The translations under genes were made by a program, and so were the position numbers. This document shows, piece after piece, positions 37,350 through 49,900 of a stretch of DNA of 64,000 bases. The notes under the pieces were generated by a model, which searched no databases, was not told where the DNA came from, and was given only the letters and a program-made list of their open reading frames with translations. The DNA comes from Chiloscyllium plagiosum (Eukaryota), in the NCBI RefSeq assembly GCF_004010195.1, contig NC_057711.1, positions 70,232,992-70,296,991 on the forward strand, written 5' to 3'. Within the stretch, counting starts at the first letter, position 1. Every line of letters starts with the position of its first letter.

Positions 37350-39200
37350 GAATAACCTAGCATCTGACTGGCTTAAATCTGTCAGAACGATTTCTTCAAG
37401 CTGTTACCATAGTTGAAGATGCATCAATGAATTCAAGTAGGATATACATGTTGGCTATCTGTCAGCTCTAAACTTTGCTGAACTTGCAGTCTGAGATATC
37501 TTCTGTTATTAGTAGCAGTGGAAAAGATTTCTGCCAATTCATATAATAGGTTTCTTAAAGGGTTATAACATCTCAAAAGCCTTTGGAGGTCCTAGGCCAC
37601 CACACTGTTTACTGGGCTCTGTCTTTACGCTTGATGATCCTCCTCTCTTTTCAAAGTGGTGCTGGATTAACCATTCATCCATCAGATACAAGTAAATTGT
37701 CCAGAATTATGAACTGCTCTTGAAGCTCAACAAGCATTTTCATGGCCAACATATTGGTTCTTTGGTCTGGCCAATCTTCGACACAAAACCAATGAACAGT
37801 GAGACATTCTTGATCTCTCTTCTACTCCTATTGTTTGGTTGAGCTGATTATGGGATGCTGACCACATTGACAGTATTAGACAAATTTCTTATACCAACAT
37901 TACTAATCACTGTGGAGCCTGTCTTTTATCTGGATTCCAGCAGAAATCTCATGAAATCCGCCAACTTGACCCTTGACTAACTGTTACACAGCTGGCTGTT
38001 TTTTGACTATTTAGTTTTTGATCTGTTGTTCTATGACTGGTTGTTTCTGGACCAATTGCTTCTTAACTTGAATTAGTTTAACTCTTTCTGTTTTCTCAAA
38101 AAGGCTTAGATCAAGATGCCCTTTCAGGCTTAAGAGTGAAAATTTTACTGTGAAGTACAACTCCGAAGAACAGTTGAAACACACTCAAAACATTAAATCT
38201 GTTTCTCTCTCTACTGATGCTGCCAGACCTATTGAATTTCTCTAGCTTTTCCTGTATTTGTTTCAGATTCCCAGAATCTGCAGCATCTTGCCATGTTGGT
38301 TTCTCACATGCATCATCTATGGTTTTGTAATGGACACCAATCTCCTGAGCAATGGTTGATCATCTCTTTAGGATTGACCTGTATTACTTCTAGACCTCTG
38401 CTCCATTCACCATCCTGATGACATTCTCAAAATAATTTTCTCTTATGAATTCTGACCTTAAATCATCCTAGTCACATTTCTCCACTAATCAGCAGAGATC
38501 ATTTAAGAAATCATTTGTGAATTCCCCACAAATACTGAGATCTTCTGTTATCACTTGCCCTTTCATTATTTTCGTGTTCTGAGATGAAAGTAATTTTCAA
38601 AGGCTTTTGGTACCTTTTCAAAAATATTGGTTGCTTCTTTTCTTCTTTAGTGAGTCACCACATCATCAGCTGTACTCCCAATTGTATATTTGAGTGTAAT
38701 AACCTGCTCAGCTTCTGATTTAGTATCTCATTTGGAAGCAATTCTATACCTTACAGAATTGATCATCTTGGGGAAAATAATTCTTGTTCTCTGTAGTCCA
38801 TCTTTGGAAGTAAATTATCCTGGCATTATTATTTTTGATGCTATGTTGTCCCAATGTGATTATTTATTTCCTGATTTTAAAGGACCTTTATTTTGCTGTG
38901 CTGCCGTAACAGAGGGTTTTATCATGCCTTGCAGTCAAAATAGAGATTCCCTCTTTCTCACAGCTATTGTGGGAATTCCCACCATTACAAGGCTAAAAAA
39001 AAGGATTTTGTGCTATTACTGGCTTCAGTGGATAAATCCCACTGTCTATGGTTTTCATAAATGCTTCTCACTTTAATCACAGTATTACTAAATTACTCCC
39101 CTTATTCTTGCATGAACTGCTGAATCCTGCTTTGACATTATTTTCCTAGATAGTTCCCATTCCCCATTAAATAAATGCTCCCTGTATATGGATTTTAAAA
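37350..39200 (-). mobile_element. Highly decayed Gypsy-like pol (RT, RNase H, integrase)
   Basis: Minus strand IIKRKDRAQ*TVWWPRTSK (~37580-37640) matches the integrase Zn-region motif GIxKCRxRAxxxVWWPG; VITEDLSICG (~38525-38556) resembles RT xxDDILI. Confidence 0.55.
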
Positions 39201-39289
39201 AAAAAGAATTTTCTGCCTTTTCTATGCCCTTAATAAAGTCAATTAACTTTCATTTTCTGTTAGATCAGAGCGCTTAGAATTCTAATACG

Positions 39290-40300
39290 ACCAGAGGAAA
39301 TGGCCTGACAAGTCTCCTCCACCATTCAATAGGATCATAGCTGATCTGACATTCCTCATGCCCACTTGCCTGCCTTTTCCCTTGATTTATGCTACAGATC
39401 AAGAATCTCTGTCAGCCTTAAATGTATATAGGACCCCACAGCTCTCTGTGGCAAGGAACTCCAAAGAATCTCAATCTTCTGAGAGAAGAAATTCCTCCTT
39501 ATCTCAGTCTTAAATTGCCAGCCCTTCAGTCTGAGACAATTCGTTCTGGTTCTAGACTCTCCCATAAGGAGACAATTCCTGTCAGCATTTATCCTGTCAA
39601 ACCCTTAAGAATCCTATGTTTCAATGAGATCACCTTTCATCCTTCTAAACTCCACTGAGCAGAGTCCCAACCTGTTTAGTCTTTGCTCATTAGACGATCT
39701 CTCCATACCAGGGATCATCCTTGTGCACCTCCTCTGAACTGCCTCCAATAAAGTGATATCTATCATTAAGTAAGGGAAGCAAAACTGCTCACAGTTCTCC
39801 AAATGTGGCTTCATAAGCATCTTATACGGTTACAGTAAGACCTCCCTATTCTTACACTCCAACTCCCTTGAAATAACGATCAAAATTCCATTAGCCTTCA
39901 TTTACCTGTTGTACCTGTGTATTAGCTTTCTGTGTTTCCTGTACAAATACACCCTAGTCCCTTTGGGTTGCAGCTTTCTACAGTATTTTTTCTCCATTTA
40001 AATAATACTCTGTTCTTCTGTTCCCGCTTCCAAAACGAACAACTTTGCATTTTCCATAGAATCCCTGCAGTGTGGAAACAGGCCATTCAACTCAACAAGT
40101 CCACACCTATCCACTGAAGAGCATCCCATCTAGACCCATCCCCCAACTCTCTCCCTATCCCACAGTATCCACCATTTGCAATTTTTTTACTCATTTACTT
40201 AACCTAGCAATATCTTTCTCTGAAGTGTAACTTGCCTTTCCACTTATTTTTGTGTCATCTGGATACAATATATTCTATTCCTTTCTCCAAGTCACTAATT
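39290..40300 (-). mobile_element. CR1 LINE 3' part with an HE1 tail fragment inside (~40057-40170)
   Basis: Minus ORF 39614-39820 KPHLENCEQF..PYL...LEAVQRRCTRMIPGM. Confidence 0.85.
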
Positions 40301-40384
40301 TATATTGAAATAAATATGTCCATGAAATGCAGCAAAGTTATGTTTTACTTGTTTGGAAGCTTTGTTTGATGACATAGGAAGTAA

Positions 40385-40677
40385 TCATAGAATCCCTAGA
40401 GTGTTGAAGCAGGCCATTCTTCTCATTGACTCCACACCAACCCTCTGAAGAGCATCCCACCCAGACCCACACTATATCTGTAACTCTGCATTTCCCATGG
40501 CTAATCCACCTGACATACACATCTTTGAACTGTTGGAGGAAACCAGAGCACCCAAAGGAAACCCAAGCAGACACAGGGAGAATGTGCAAACTCCACACAG
40601 ACAGTTGCCTGAGGTAGGATTGAACCTGGGTCCCTGGTGCCATGAGGCAGCAGCGCTAACCACTGAGCCACCATGCT
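40385..40677 (-). mobile_element. HE1-type SINE
   Basis: Complete head, V-domain and tail. Confidence 0.9.
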
Positions 40678-41549
40678 GCTCAAGCACAGATTTGTTCAGT
40701 ATATTATAGAAACCACACTGAGACTCTGGAGATGATATAGAAAGGTTTATAATGATAATTCCAGAATGAGTGAATATACCCGTTAGGAATAATTGGAACA
40801 GGCTTGAGTTCTTTTGTCTAAAAAGAATACTTATTTGATTGTTGTATTTAATATTATGAATAATAAATCAAATGGTTTATATTTAATTGCAACCTCATTT
40901 GTATTGAAGTTGCTTTAATAAATAAAGTAAAAGGCAATTTGTGCCTCTTCTAGGATAATTTCAAATTTGCTCAAACAGTAAATGATTATCCTTTTTAATT
41001 TGGAGCTACGACACATTATTGTGACAGAATAAAGGGAACTATAACCATACATTAATCTGTTATGACCTGAAAATGTTTGCTGACACTGTTTACCTGAGTA
41101 TAACATGCACTGGCATCCTTCATGTACAAAAAAATTATAACAAAGCAATCACAGTGGAGTGTGGTTATATCGCGCATGCCCATGAAACAGAATGTAAGAC
41201 ATAATCATATAATATGGATAGAATGACACCACTAGTTAGTCTCCTATAGTCTTACTCAGGTTCATTCAGAGAATGTGTTCACCCTCTCATCTTTCTCTGC
41301 TGTTTCCCTGATAGCAGTGTATCTTCTACAATTCATCCATTTTTGAAGGGGTTGGGTGGTATGATGTGGTGTAGAAAGAAGTAGCCAATGGCTGCATTTA
41401 CCATAAATGTTGTAGGGAAAATAGGCTGTCAGCTGTTCCTTTGACATTCAATACACTGCCCCCTCACCACACCCAACAACCCCAGTCATGAGTACATCTT
41501 GGTAACAGGTAAGCAGAAGGTCAGGTTCCTGAGGGCATAATCTCCGAAT

Positions 41550-41830
41550 AGTTGGGTGCCAGTTTAAGACTGAGATAAGGAGAATTTCTTCTCTGAGAGT
41601 TGAGGGTCTTTGGAACTTCTTGCCGCAGAGAGCTGTGGGAACAGAGTCATTGTTTATAGTTAAAGCTGATGTAGATTCTTATCAGTTGGGAATTCAAGGG
41701 CATTGGAAGAAGGGCAGGAAAGTGGATGTGAAAAGTGTTGGATCAGCCGTGGTCCTCTCGAACGGTGGAGCAGGTTCAATGGGCTGAATGTCCTACTCAT
41801 TTTCCTTATTTCTTATGATTTTATGTTTTT
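41550..41830 (+). mobile_element. CR1 3' fragment
   Basis: tttaagactgagataaggagaatttctt...gggctgaatgtcctactc...(TTATG)n tail. Confidence 0.75.
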
Positions 41831-41834
41831 ATGG

Positions 41835-42780
41835 ATTTGTGCCTTAGAGATGGTGGACAGGCTTGGGGGAGAGAGGAGATGATTTTTTTAGAATTTCTAT
41901 AATCTGACCTACTCTTGTAGGAATGGTGCCCAGTTCAATTTCTGATTAATGGTAACTCCAGGATGTTGATAGTAGGGAACTGAGTATTAGCAATTCAGGA
42001 GAAGGCCAAGGTGGATCCTCCACTCTCAACCTTCAGTCGAAAATGATGCAAATATTTCAGCATTGTCACTTGCACTTCATGATGGTGATATTTGTGGACC
42101 TCCCTCATTCTATTCTGTTTAACTGTCCATCATCATTCATGATCAGAAACTGGCTGGGCTGCAGAGCTTAGATCTGATTCATTGATTGTGGAATCATTTC
42201 TCCCTGTCTGTCACTTGCTGCTTCCACTGTTTGGTATGCAAGTGGGTCCTGTTTTACTATTTCACCATTTTGACACCTCATTTTTAGGTATTCTGATGGC
42301 TTAGTGCCTTATTGATGTCTATTGATTTATGTGCAAACTGTCCAATTGAACAAGGTGGTCATGCCACACAACACAATAGAAAGTATCCTCAGTACGAAGA
42401 TGGATATCCATCAGGCTCCACGCTTGGTGATACCTCCACCCTGGGCATGTTCTGCACCTTTGTTACCCACAGTAATTCTCCAAATAATTTTTAACATGTA
42501 GAAATACTGATTCAGCAGTTGGGGAGGAATAATGGTAACAAGCAGAAGGTTTTCTTGACCAGGTTTGACTTGATAACGTGAGATTTTGAGAGGTCTGCAG
42601 GGGGATCCCAGGCTAACTCCCTCCCTGCTGTTAACTACTGTGCTACCAACTCTGCTGGGCCTGTTGGTGGGACTGGACATACCCAGGGATAATGCTAATG
42701 GAACCTGGTACACTGTCTGTAAGGTGTGATTCAGTAAGAATGACTATGTCAAGCTGATGCTTGGCTCATCTGAGGGTATT
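41835..42780 (-). mobile_element. Old LINE fragment (CR1/L2 superfamily)
   Basis: Minus-strand APE/RT-like peptide ...RYQVKPGQENLLLVTIIPP; probably the same family as 63430-63785. Confidence 0.5.
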
Positions 42781-43560
42781 GTTAGGAGTGTTTTTGACAG
42801 TACTGGGTGCATCTGGGTAATTTCCCAAACCTGGCTCCATTCCACTTGTCTTGTCTGGTTTAATTCCTTTTCAAAATTTGGAGCAGTTTATGATTCCAGG
42901 CCATTAATGGAACAGATGGGTTTTTACCAAAGTTTAGCAACAGTTTATTAATCAGGAATAGCTTATAATTTTACAAAAATAAACAAGTTTTGTTATCAGG
43001 AATAGCTTATAATTCCTGTTTTATTTATTGTATAATTTTAAATTCCACATCCTACTATGGTACTAGTATAATCCCCTATCCCAGAACACTGGAATCCCAT
43101 CTCATTACCATAAAGCCCTTGCCTTGCTGATTGGACATGGATTCTTATATTAGAGTTTGAACACCCAGAGCAACAGCGAAGCAAACAGTATATTCACCAC
43201 ACTGCTTCTAAATCTGTTGAGGTAAGTAAACTTTAGAAGAAATGATTCCAGTGTAAAACAATTCCTACCATCAAACTGGTTGCCAAGTTATAACTTGTCA
43301 CTTGGAGATAAAAGATACAGCACCACCCTGTGGCCGGTTTGTACAATTGCTGGTTGGCAGGCTCACATTGGGCCAAAACATTCGAGGAGCGGCAAACAGA
43401 CTCAGATTGCTCTTCTGTTCCTTTTTGTTTACCCAATCACAGAGGTCCACATTTCAAAAGCAGAGCATACTTAGAGTGGGAGCTTTCCAGCACAAACCAT
43501 GTCCCCTTCTTAGAACAGTAACTGTTGTGTTCTGAGCTTTATGGGTATAAAAGTCACTTG

Positions 43561-43771
43561 TCAATATGTGTAGTGCTGGTAAGGTACAGCTGGTCAGGCA
43601 GCATCTGAGGAGCAGAAAACTCAACGTTTTGAGCATAAAATCGATCTGGAAATCCTAATGAACGGCTTATGCTTGAATCCTGCGCCTCAGATGCTGCCTG
43701 ACCGGCTATGCTTTTCCAGCTTTTGGACTCTGATCTCCAGCATCTGCAGTCCTCACTTTCTCTTTGTTGAT
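43561..43771. mobile_element. Fold-back mini Penelope-like element
   Basis: Inverted pLTR halves; flanked by tataaaagtcacttg (43546-43560) and tataaaactcacttg (43772-43786). Confidence 0.85.
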
Positions 43772-43974
43772 TATAAAACTCACTTGGACTAGATAGCAGA
43801 AGACAGATAAGGTGGCACATAGGTGAGGCAGGAGTTAGAGGGGTTTGTAAGTGGGTGAGAGGTTAGGGTGGCGTATGGGATGGGGTGGGTCAGAGAGAAC
43901 TGAGAGGGTCAAGTGTGTCAGGTTGGGTGACGTTGCATTAGATGGGGGTATTCAGTAGGGTCAGAAAGTGTATC

Positions 43975-44499
43975 TAAGCCATTCAACCCATTGAGCCTAT
44001 TCTACCATTCAATGAGATTGTAGCTAATCTGATGATCCTCAACTCCACATTTTTGCAATTGATTCCCCTTGCTGATTTAAGTATCTATCTCTGCCTTGAA
44101 TATTCTTAACAACGCAGACTTGACAATCCTCTATGGTAAAGAATTTCACAGATTCACTACCCTCAGAGAAGAAATTCCTCCTCATTTCTGTCTTAAGGCT
44201 GTGAGACCTTAAATCATGCCTTCTGGTCTTAGACTCTTCCATAGAGGGAAACAACCTCTCCATATTTATCTTGCAAGCTCCTGAAGAATCTTATTTGTTT
44301 TAAATAAGGTCACCTTTTATTCTTGTAAACTCCAATGAGTATAGGCTCACCCTACCCAACCTCTCCTTATAAGACAATCCCTCCCTGACCAAGATCATTC
44401 TAGTGAACCTTCTTTGGATTACTTCCAATGCCAATGTCTTTCCCTGGATAAGGGGACTAAACAATTGACAGAATTCTAAGTATGGCCGAGTTATACCTT
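43975..44499 (-). mobile_element. CR1 3' end, probable continuation of the CR1 RT fragment at 45297-45605
   Basis: Minus strand RPYLEFCQ..SPY through the 3' UTR; collinear with the upstream SGVQQGSVLGP fragment. Confidence 0.8.
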
Positions 44500-44564
44500 G
44501 GAGAAAGTGAGAACAGCAGATGCTGGAGATCAGAATCGAGAGCGTGGTGCTGGAAAAGCTAGAG

Positions 44565-45010
44565 ATGATTTTGAAGAGATTTACCAGGATGTTGCAGGGT
44601 GTGAAAGGTTTGGGTATTAAGAAAAGTTGGAAAGGCAGTTGGAAAGGCTGGGATTTATTTTGAACTGGAGTGTAAGAGGTTAAGAGATGACCCCATACAG
44701 TTTTAGTAAATCATGAGGAGTATTGATAGGGTTAATGGTAGGCATCTAGGAAGGGGGATTTCAAAACTAGGGAGCATTTTCTTAAGGTGAGAGGAGAGAG
44801 ATTTAAAAAAAGGCATGGGGACAAATTTCTTACTTACGATGGTTTATGTGTGGAATGAAATTCCTGATGAAGTGGCGATGTGGTCACAGTTACAACATTT
44901 AAAGTATATGAATAGGAACGGTTTGCAGGCAGGCAAGACTAGTTTAGGATTATGTACGACACGGACTGGAAAGACCAAAGGGTCCGTTCCCGTGCTGTAT
45001 GACCATATGC
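44565..45010 (+). mobile_element. CR1 3' fragment, preceded by a PLE stub at 44500-44560
   Basis: aagagatttaccaggatgttg...gggtccgttcccgtgctgtatgac. Confidence 0.8.
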
Positions 45011-45021
45011 ATTTTTTTTTG

Positions 45022-45779
45022 TAGATTACTTACAGTGTGGAAACAGGTCCTTTGGCCCAACAAGTCCACACTGACCCTCCGAAGAGCAACCAACCCTGAC
45101 CCATTCTCCTACACCTAATTCTACGGGCAATTTAGCATGGCCAATTCACCTAACCTGCACATTTTTGGACTGTGGGAGCACCCGGAGGAAACCCACGCAG
45201 ACATGGGGACAATGTGCAAACTCCACACAGACAGTTGCCTGAGGCGGGAATTGAACCTGTGAGGCAGCGGTGCTAACTACTGTGCCACCATGCAGCATGA
45301 AGACTCCCACCTACCCCGTACTGCTGCTTTCTGCATTTAAATAATATTTAGCTTTGTTATTCTTCCTGCCATTTCCACATTTATTCCATCTGTCAAGTTC
45401 TTTTACCCACTCACTTAATCTGTCCATGTTCCTTTATATCATCCTTACCTCTTGCCTTCCCACCTCGGGTTTTATTATCTGCAAGCTTGTTGATGGTACA
45501 TTCACTTTCCTCATCCACATCATTAATATAGGCTGGAAATACTTCTGGCCCTAGCACTGATCCCTGTTGTACTCCACTAGTTACCAGTTGCCACTCTGAA
45601 AGGGCACAATTTATCTCAATTTTATATCTTCAGTTTGTGCTGTAGGAGGTTGGGGGGGGGCTTATTCGTGTTGGTGGGTTGGGAATGTCAGGGAATGTTG
45701 GGATGGGGGAAGGTGTCTGTCAGTTATGGAGTTCAGGTGACACATTTGTGACATGGCAGTTTTCTGACTCAGGAGTTAG
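45022..45779 (-). repeat. Copy 2 of the ~800 bp inverted duplication (includes HE1 SINE at 45022-45296)
   Basis: Reverse complement of 19229-20038, with several short deletions. Confidence 0.95.
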
Positions 45780-46740
45780 AGCAGGTTTTAATTTCTCTAA
45801 CAATTCCTTGGTAAATATACAGGTAAGTTAGAGGTTAATAAGTTTTTGCTTATTAATGAAATGAAGAATTTAAGCAGAAATTGTGCGCATATTGAAGATC
45901 CCATGATATATTTGCCTAATTATTTATTCTACAGGAACATTTAAAGCCAGTCTAAGTGATTGAATAAACAAAATTAAAATGTTGAATATCAGTTTTCACA
46001 ACTGGCCAAGGGCAGGCTGCTAACCAAAAAGATTCTCGACATTTCATATGATATATTTCACTCCAGTGATTTAGTGTCATAGTAGCACTGTCAATGAAAT
46101 AAAAATGCAGAAGCCCAGTCTAATGTTCTGAGGGCATTGGACCAAATAACACCATTTCTGCGTTCCTTGGTCGTATATTGCTTACTCATCTTTTTGTCTT
46201 CCATTTGAACACACTTCCGTAGAGGCAAGTTACCATATAACAACATTATCGGGTCAGCTCCCAGTTATAACTTAATTCTTCTTAATTTTCTTATAAGGCG
46301 ATTGACACAGTAGCAAATTGCATTCTGATGTGCCATCCCTCTGCTGACCATATCAGGAACTTTATATTTTGATGTTTACTCTAACAGCTCAAATGTAATC
46401 TTGAATCAAGATAAGCAGAATCTTAGCACACCACTCAATCCCACACTTTGCTTTCTCCCAACACCAGCTCTTTTGCCAAAGCTGCTTTCTTTGAACTCCA
46501 TTCACCACTGCACTGCCCCTTTCTTAGCAAGCTGATCTCCTAGCTGGCCTTATCATTTTAGCAATCAGAAAGCTTCAATTAATATAATACCACATAACAA
46601 TAGTCACCTCACATCTCCCAAATTCCTTTGGTTTTCTGTTCACCAATATCAATTTCAAAATTCTCTCCCTTGTTATCAAGGCTGTTCACAGCCTTATTTC
46701 ATCCTTATATTTGTGATCCCTTCTTGCCACATATTTTCTC

Positions 46741-46919
46741 GTAGGCAAAAATGAGCACTGCAAATGCTGGAAATCAGTCTAGATTGGAATGGTGCTGGAA
46801 AAGCACAGCAGGTCAGGCAGCATCCGAGGAGCAGATAAATCGACGTTTTGGGCAAAAGCTCTTCATCAGGAATTATGCTGCCTGATCTGCTGTGTTTTTC
46901 CAGCACCACCCTAATCTAG
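46741..46919. mobile_element. Fold-back mini Penelope-like element
   Basis: Inverted pLTR halves; minus-strand hammerhead cctgatgaagagcttttgcccaaaacgtc; perfect 12-bp flanking repeat acatattttctc (46729-46740 and 46920-46931). Confidence 0.9.
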
Positions 46920-49900
46920 ACATATTTTCTCATTGCAACCCTCGCTTGTACAAAATCAGAACTCTTAATTAAATCTTAACTCTTAATTCTTCTCCTGTAT
47001 TATTGATGATCATTCATCCTGTCTGCTGGAAATATCCACATATTTTCATCCTCCATTTCCATGGCAGAGGTAATTTTAAGACAGTTGTCTCAATGTAATA
47101 CAAGTTTGGAAATGCCATGAGTGTTGTGCTTGGCAATCCAAAATGACAGGCCAGGTATACTGCTGGGCACTTTTGTTATTTGATTGGCTAGCTTAATTTA
47201 TTAACGTGACCTGTAGAGTTGTCAGAGTTGGATAATCTTGGAAGTAAATAGCAAAATGGCCTGAATTTGATAAGCACCAAGAAACTTGCAAGAGAATGTG
47301 GCATTTGTCCCTATTAGAAGATATATATATTTAACATCAAACTATCAAAATCCCTATGTGCCAGCTTTCAGCAGCTTGGATAAAAAGTTACATTGTGTAT
47401 TAGGTTTCCCAATGTCATGCATCCAGTCAACCAAGAAAAACCTATACTAAACATGACCCAGGATTTTAAAATGTACAAATTCATTCACTACCGCATTCTC
47501 CTTGGATGTACAAGATCCTACACTCAAAGCCCAACAGCATTCAATGCTCCGCTTTTGATTTATTTCATTTTCTGTCCCACCTTTTCACTATCCTATTAGC
47601 TTTCACTAGGGTTTCTGAAAGAAGGGAAAATACAGGTTAAAAAATTTATGCATTCTTTCTATTTATCAAACAGGTGCTATTGATTGGCTCTGCCGGAACC
47701 CTGCTCTTCATTCATCTTTCATGCATACTGCAATAGGTGATCTTGTTTTTGGTTCTCCCATGTTTAAAATGAGCAGTTGAGCTGCTTAAGACCTAACGTG
47801 ACAGAATAATGTTCACACCCATTTGACAAATTTCAACACTTAAACAAATGGGTGGACTTGAGTGTGATCAGTATTCATAAGAGCATGCTGGTACCTGTAT
47901 TAACTGTTGGTGCCCTCCATTAACGCGTAAAATTAACATGTTGTTCAAGACATCAAGGTAACCAAAATCAAAGTTAAAAAATGACAGTCCCCATGTCTTA
48001 TTCATAACTGTAAATGACACATTCTGAAAGCAGACAACCATGAGCATGCCTCTGTTATTTGTACTTTGATCACAATGAGGAAAAGTGAGTGCACTGTGCA
48101 GTGTTACAGGCTTTGATGAAGATGAAGAATCAAAACAGTAGAATCCAATGAGATAAAAGTACAATATAGGTTATCTTTTGGCATCCTAAAGTTTACAATC
48201 ATTTTAAAGTGGTTTTGTAGAGTCTGAGGTATGTTGTACTTAACAAAATAACTGAAACAAATAAATCAAACAATTTGGTTTGAAGTCTCTCCAGGCCTGT
48301 GGATATTGAGACACATTTGTATGTATTAGCTGCAAGACTTTCTTTGACAAATTGTTCAGAAACTAGACATTTAATTGAATGTGCCTGGTCAGTATGAGGG
48401 AAGTAAAATATATATGTACCTTAAACATCTTATCTTACTGGACTACAAGTTCTTTTTCTTCGTTGTGGACAGAGATTGTGAAAAGCCTTCAATAACTCTG
48501 GTAATGGAATTTAGCCATACAACAGAGTTTGAGAATCAAATGATTTACACCAGTATTCCTCCCAGCTCTAGGATCTATGTTAGCCTGATAAACTAAAGCT
48601 TTGTTCTGTTTATCAGAAGTAATTCCTGTGTTTGTCCTGCAAAGGATTTCTTGTACTCCGATGTGGGGAGAGCTTTAGTCTGCAGTTTATCTTGTAAACC
48701 AAATGGGACTGGAGGGATTAGATACATTAACTGTCAATGATCACCTCTATTATTGTAAACAACTATTAAGTACTAGATATATTTGCAAGATATAAAAAAG
48801 TAATATTTTAAAATGTTTAGCTGAGGATATGTTCCATAATGTGACAAAATATTTTAATTAGGCAAGTCTCATTTTTCTGAAATTTTGATGTAAACAGTTG
48901 TATGAAATAACATTGCTCACTATCTAAGTGCATGTCAATGTACAATGGCCAGATGATACAGCAAAGTGGTTGAGTCTAAAACATTTGGAAAAAATTATAC
49001 ACATTAGGAACATTGTTAAATCCATGAGAAGGAGATTACCGTCTACAACTAATGTGTTTGGTTGGCTGTATTCAAGTCCTTTGTCTTATGAAATATTGTG
49101 CAGATGAAAGAAACTGCACTGAGAGAGGTCATTAACGATCATGGCCATAATAGGAATAAAAACATCAGAGATTAAGTATTGTTAGTCTGGCTAAGTCTTT
49201 GTCCCTCGAATGTTAAATAAACCTGTCTTGCATGCTACATACATTTTACAAATAAAGTTAAGCAAGGTTTTTTTAAGCACAAGCAGTACTTAAAAACAAT
49301 GAACAAAGAAAGAAAGCTTACTTTAAAACTATAAGGTTTTTTTATTAGTTTTTGTTGGCTGTCCTACATAGATGAGACAATCTCAAAAGCAATAACTGTC
49401 TCTGTTGTATCTAACTCTTGCACTTTCTTGTCCTTTTTCTACATTTACTAGCTTTGACTAATGTAGGGCTACACATAAAGCTCCTAATTTAGTTATTAGC
49501 TGTATTTCAGACCTCAAAATCAAACATTGTCCAAAAGACAGAATAGGTTTACCATTGGGAAGTTTCCAATTGAGTTGCTGTTTTGGAATTACAAACTAAC
49601 TCTGTAAATACTAAAAATGATATTTCTTTTAAAAAGTAGTTTAAAAAAGATGAAATGAATCAGTGACGAGCTCTTGCAAAGATGCATCGCTCCAGCACTG
49701 AAATTCCAGCCAACTGCAGCTTTGTGCAGTCATTTGACAGTGCTGTGATTTGTCAGCTGATAGAGAACATGCCATGGAGTAGAATGGTTGCCAGGAGTGA
49801 ACATTCTGGGTCTGTGGTCCAGCAGTCTCTCAGACTGTTTATATTGAGCTCCAGGTCAGTTAATGAAATTTATAGCCCTAGAGCTTGCTTTAAATGTGCT

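Noticed and set aside
19225..45783. Giant 26.5 kb DNA transposon with 800 bp TIRs and an AGCA target duplication
   Set aside because: The arms are made of ordinary decayed CR1, SINE and unique DNA, there is no transposase, and the left AGCA is part of a SINE head that does not resume on the right. The 4-bp match is likely chance.
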